Shown here: positions 8,659-11,632 of the stretch, piece by piece
Position numbering within the stretch: the first letter of the stretch is position 1
Layout: every line of letters begins with the position of its first letter
Assembly (NCBI GenBank): GCA_018985225.1
Contig: JADGIF010000288.1
Span: 1 to 11,632, forward strand
Direction: 5' to 3'
Origin: Amoeboradix gromovi X-113
Taxonomy: Eukaryota; Fungi; Sanchytriomycota
DNA length: 11,632 nt
Translations under genes and position numbers: made by a program
Notes under the pieces: model-generated
Database searches by the model: none
What the model was told of the DNA's origin: nothing
Seen by the model: only the letters and a program-made list of their open reading frames with translations

Positions 8659-9048
8659 TTCTACGGATTCAAGAGGCGAGTGGACATTCAGCTAGTTGCG
8701 GAGTTGACGAGTATAAAGGAAAAATAAATATTCTGTACAGCTATTCTCTTACTCTTTCATACATCAGTAAATCAAAGAAATGTAGTGTCTGTAAAAACTA
8801 GAATAGATAAGAGTAATGATGTTAGTATAACATTACAAAATGACTCTAGAAAAGAGTACCGTCTAAGAAAATGCACCTCTTGCTTAGATGCTCAAAGACC
8901 TCATATATTTCAACGAGATGCAGGGTCTTCTAGTTTTATTTTGAAGAGGGCATTGAAAGTAATGAAAGAAAATTGGTATAATAGAAGATCTTTTATAAAT
9001 GATAGCATTTCTTCCGTATGGGGCACCATTAAAAACGAGTTAGTCTAG
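8659..9048 (+). pseudogene. Frameshifted, internally deleted relic resembling the C-terminal RuvC-II / zinc finger / RuvC-III region of a Fanzor (eukaryotic TnpB-derived) nuclease
   Basis: Removing one A from the A5 run at 8793-8797 gives SKKCSVC-KTRIDKSNDVSITLQNDSRKEYRLRK-CTSC-LDAQRPHIFQ-RDAGSSSFIL, which parallels the TSxxCxxC...CxxC...RDxNAxxNI layout. Upstream fragments KRRVDIQLVAELTS (to 8712) and VDEY (8703-8714, another frame) resemble RuvC-II. Motif recognition only. Confidence 0.55.
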
Positions 9049-9095
9049 TTTTTATATCTGGTGTCCCAATTGTCTTACGCACTTCAAACAGGGAC
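9015..9095 (+). ncRNA. Candidate omegaRNA (right-end hairpin scaffold plus flank-derived guide)
   Basis: TGGGGCACCA (9019-9028) pairs with TGGTGTCCCA (9059-9068, one G-U) and TAAAAAC (9030-9036) pairs with GTTTTTA (9048-9054). The hairpin overlaps the relic's stop codon and the right TIR. Expression is unknown. Confidence 0.35.
9038..9078 (-). repeat. Right terminal inverted repeat
   Basis: Reverse complement GTAAGACAATTGGGACACCAGATATAAAAACTAGACTAACT; 4 mismatches and 1 gap versus the left TIR. Confidence 0.88.
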
Positions 9096-9110
9096 TTCCG
9101 GTTAATTATC

Positions 9111-10244
9111 ATGAGATTACTGTCTAAAAGAATAAGTAAACATTCCGATGGAGCAATGCATCTAATACCAGAAGATGCAGAAGACATCTGGGTAATCTAC
9201 AATGTTGTAGTTAGTGGTGATAGAATAAGGTCTACCACATTTCGTAAAATTCAAAATGAAAGTTCAACTGGCAGTATAAAAAGTGAGAAAAAGCGCATAA
9301 CTTTAAGCGTTACAGTTCAAGAAACAACCTATGATGGTTATGCAAACGTGGTTCATATCAAGGGACTAGTTTGCGAGGAAAGCAAATTTGTAAAAATGAA
9401 TCAGTCTCATACTTTGGATATTGTATTAAACCAGAAGTTTTGGGTTTCCAAGGATGATTGGGACATAATAAATTTAAGAAGGATTGAAGAGTCATGCGAT
9501 ATTACAAAAAAAGCCGAAGTTGGGGCTATAGTCTTTCAGGAGGGCCTTGCACATATTTGTTTAATTACTAGTACAATAACTATCCCGCTGCAAAAGATTG
9601 AAGCTACTGTGTCTAAGAAACGTATTGGATCCTCGCAACATAAACATTCACTCGACAAGTTCCTTAAAAATGTGCTGGAAGCAATGTTAAGACATTTCAG
9701 GTTTGACAAGCTCCAAGCAGTTATTCTGGCATCACCAGGATTCGTAAAAGACACTTTATATCAGATGATAATGAAGCATGCTGTTACTGAGAATGATAAA
9801 GATTTGCTTGAATTTAAAGATAAGTTCTTAATACTTCACGGAAGCAGTGGTCACTTTCAGTCTTTACAAGACCTATTAGTGAATCCTGCCGTGCAAGAGA
9901 AATTAAAAGCAACAAAATGTTTGCAGCAAATCCGAGAAATGCAGCGTTTCTATGATATACTTGGCAAAGATAGCGGCAAAGCGTGGTACGGGTATGATCA
10001 TGTGCAGCGTGCTTTAAACTCTGGTGCAATTGAAACTCTTTTAGTGAGCGATGAACTGTTTAGAAGCCCTGATGTTAAGATACGTAATAGATACATTAGA
10101 TTGACAGAGGACGTAGAGCAAGTCGGCGGAAAGGTATATATAATATCAACAATGCACGTTACAGGTGAGCAATTGAGAGATTTGACCGGTGTCGCAGCTA
10201 TTTTGATGTTTCCATTGGAAGAGCTAGAGAATGAAGAAGATTAA
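9111..10244 (+). CDS. DOM34: Pelota/Dom34 ribosome rescue factor (eRF1 family), 377 aa
   Basis: PEDAEDIWVIYN, TFRKIQNESSTG, HTLD, ILASPGFVKD (PGF motif), KAWYG, ETLLVSDELFRS, GEQLRDLTGVAAILMFP and an acidic tail. Confidence 0.97.
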   Translation: MRLLSKRISKHSDGAMHLIPEDAEDIWVIYNVVVSGDRIRSTTFRKIQNESSTGSIKSEKKRITLSVTVQETTYDGYANVVHIKGLVCEESKFVKMNQSHTLDIVLNQKFWVSKDDWDIINLRRIEESCDITKKAEVGAIVFQEGLAHICLITSTITIPLQKIEATVSKKRIGSSQHKHSLDKFLKNVLEAMLRHFRFDKLQAVILASPGFVKDTLYQMIMKHAVTENDKDLLEFKDKFLILHGSSGHFQSLQDLLVNPAVQEKLKATKCLQQIREMQRFYDILGKDSGKAWYGYDHVQRALNSGAIETLLVSDELFRSPDVKIRNRYIRLTEDVEQVGGKVYIISTMHVTGEQLRDLTGVAAILMFPLEELENEED

Positions 10245-10253
10245 TTCTCCCTA

Positions 10254-10283
10254 AATAAACTGCTTGAGCTCATGTTATTTATT
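10254..10283. terminator. Paired polyadenylation signals of convergent pelota and LRR genes
   Basis: AATAAA on + at 10254-10259; on -, AATAAA at 10278-10283 overlaps the TAA stop of the LRR gene. The spacer is 34 bp. Confidence 0.5.
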
Positions 10284-11481
10284 TAATAAGCTGATCTGCT
10301 TCTTCGTTATTGCCGTCTAGTAATTCAAAATCACGATGAGTGATAGTCTGTTCTTTGTGAGCATACCTAAAAGCAACGTATCCCAGTGCTATAATAGCAA
10401 TTCCAATCACAGCTATGATGCTTATTATTCCTGCTTTTGAATGTCTTATGTCTTTGAAAGAATGTGATGGAACTGGTGGAGGTAAGTCAGGATATGGTTC
10501 CTGTGTTATTCCTGGTTGATAATCATCTGATACTGTTTTACTTACACCCACAGATGTAGCTGTAACTGTAGATTGCCCAACTGTGTTAGGCAAGGAATAT
10601 GCACTATATAATCCAATTTTTTTGCATTTTGCCAATGCGACATCATCAAAATGTTCTAATAGTGGATTGTATGATATATCGCAATAATTTAGTCCAGATG
10701 CATCGCTTAAAACAACGTTTGTAATGTAGTTGTGATTTAGTGCAAGGTAAACAGGCTTGTTAAGCTGAACAGTTCCAGTAAAGCGATTCCCTTTTGCGTT
10801 TCCTAAAGCTAAATATTTCATTGTGTCTGGGAATGGTGATGGTACATCCCCATATAGTCTGTTACCAGATATATACAACACCCACATCTTTGAAGGAATA
10901 ATTGCTGGTATTTTCCCGGTTACCAGGTTTGCCCAAATACTAAATATTTCTAGTTCTTCATTAAATTCTGGAGGAAAAGGCCCACTAAGCTTATTTGAAG
11001 GCGCCTGAAATGCTTTCAATTCTGCAGGAAAAGGGTATGGTATGTTGCCTGTGAGCTTATTGAAATTTAAGACGATCTCCACTAGCTCAGTAGGTAAGGG
11101 ACTTGGAATTGTACCATTCAATGAATTAGAATCTGCGTAAAAGTATTGTAGACTATCTGGAAGAACAGGGATATTACCCTGAATGTCGTTTTTATGTCCG
11201 TTCTCAGCACCTAAAAACAGCCTTTCTATAGCATCTGGAATAGCGTCACCCAGAATTTCACCATCTAAGTTTTTCCCAGACCAGTTAATTACTGCAACTC
11301 TGTCATCTCTACATTGTATACCTGTGGAGAAACAACAATCTAGCAGTATCTCCTTCATCAGTTCTGGTTGTTTAGCATCCATGTGTAAACCCAAAGCTAA
11401 CTTTTCCACTTTGGGGCAATCGTCAGACATGCCTATAGCTACTGATAGAAAAAAGAAACTTAGAGAAACAACTCTCTGCAT
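10279..11481 (-). CDS. Type I membrane leucine-rich repeat receptor-like protein without kinase, about 400 aa
   Basis: First ATG at 11481 (the track start 11502 is TTG) gives a signal peptide MQRVVSLSFFFLSVAIG. It is followed by a Cys-rich cap (DCP..CC..GIQC..RV..INWS), NxLxGxIP repeats, a Ser/Thr/Pro stalk, a TM helix (AGIISIIAVIGIAIIALGYVAF) and a short cytoplasmic tail. Confidence 0.88.
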   Translation of the reverse strand: MQRVVSLSFFFLSVAIGMSDDCPKVEKLALGLHMDAKQPELMKEILLDCCFSTGIQCRDDRVAVINWSGKNLDGEILGDAIPDAIERLFLGAENGHKNDIQGNIPVLPDSLQYFYADSNSLNGTIPSPLPTELVEIVLNFNKLTGNIPYPFPAELKAFQAPSNKLSGPFPPEFNEELEIFSIWANLVTGKIPAIIPSKMWVLYISGNRLYGDVPSPFPDTMKYLALGNAKGNRFTGTVQLNKPVYLALNHNYITNVVLSDASGLNYCDISYNPLLEHFDDVALAKCKKIGLYSAYSLPNTVGQSTVTATSVGVSKTVSDDYQPGITQEPYPDLPPPVPSHSFKDIRHSKAGIISIIAVIGIAIIALGYVAFRYAHKEQTITHRDFELLDGNNEEADQLIK

Positions 11482-11632
11482 GCTGAGACGCGTCTCGGTC
11501 AAATTTATTCAAAAGAAAGCTCATGTGATTGGATGCAATTAGAATCGCTTCGAAGATTCCAATAAAGTCAGCTAGAATTCTGTCAAAAAAATTTACTTAT
11601 GGGAAAAATGTAAACAGACTCTGGTCTGAAAT

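Larger units (their letters stand above)
8581..9078 (+). mobile_element. Non-autonomous TIR DNA element (about 0.5 kb, MITE-like) carrying a probable Fanzor/TnpB relic
   Basis: Terminal inverted repeats 8581-8620 and 9038-9078 (36/41 identical). TA at 8582-8583 and 9076-9077 is a possible target-site duplication. A second copy of the left end is at 39-171. No intact transposase. Confidence 0.8.

Noticed and set aside
8711-8767. GT-AG intron that would bring VDE next to SKKCSVC
   Set aside because: Splicing gives VDDKSKKC, which loses the Glu and is too short for the canonical motif; there is no convincing branch point.
8792-8802. TAAAAACTAGA matching the TIR core inside the element
   Set aside because: An 11 nt AT-rich match that could arise by chance; noted only because it coincides with the frameshifting A-run.
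8902-9045. HIFQRD...SVWGTIKNEL read as a Tc1 transposase fragment (IFQQDNA...ENLWGILK)
   Set aside because: The D-to-W spacing is 34 rather than about 38, the SPDLNPIE motif is missing, and the WGTIKN codons coincide with the hairpin arm. The paired CxxC motifs fit TnpB/Fanzor better. Not fully excluded without a profile search.
8785-9048. 87-aa ORF as a stand-alone gene
   Set aside because: It starts at GTG, ends inside the right TIR and is better explained as part of a frameshifted relic.
1821-11542. Short overlapping ORFs (1821-2039, 1967-2203, 3089-3271, 5222-5551, 6213-6428, 6629-6862, 6956-7168, 8352-8549, 9536-9754, 9814-10029, 10823-11008, 11183-11542)
   Set aside because: All overlap well-supported genes in antisense or alternative frames and show no recognisable motifs; they are shadow ORFs.
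1-11632. CRISPR array, tRNA or rRNA genes
   Set aside because: No regularly spaced direct repeats, cloverleaf or rRNA-like sequence was seen by eye.

Overview
Eukaryotic, AT-rich (roughly 35% GC by eye), gene-dense and apparently intron-free DNA read in the standard code; most consistent with a compact early-diverging fungal genome (inference). Six protein genes: a 4-TM hypothetical protein (+), a TMEM135-family protein (-), RAD50 (+), a USP8/Doa4-like deubiquitinase (-), pelota/Dom34 (+) and a kinase-less LRR surface protein (-). They are packed head-to-head or tail-to-tail with 34-51 bp spacers. The main unexplained structure is a ~500 bp element at 8581-9078 between the USP and pelota start codons. 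It has ~40 bp terminal inverted repeats with TA at both boundaries, a frameshifted coding relic with the layout of a TnpB/Fanzor C-terminus (CxxC-26aa-CxxC-10aa-RD), and a ~50 nt hairpin built from its right end, where a Fanzor omegaRNA scaffold would be expected. A second copy of the element's left end (124/133 nt identical) lies inverted at 39-171 and probably runs out of the window. The repeats are seen directly; the Fanzor assignment is an inference from motif layout and needs a profile search.
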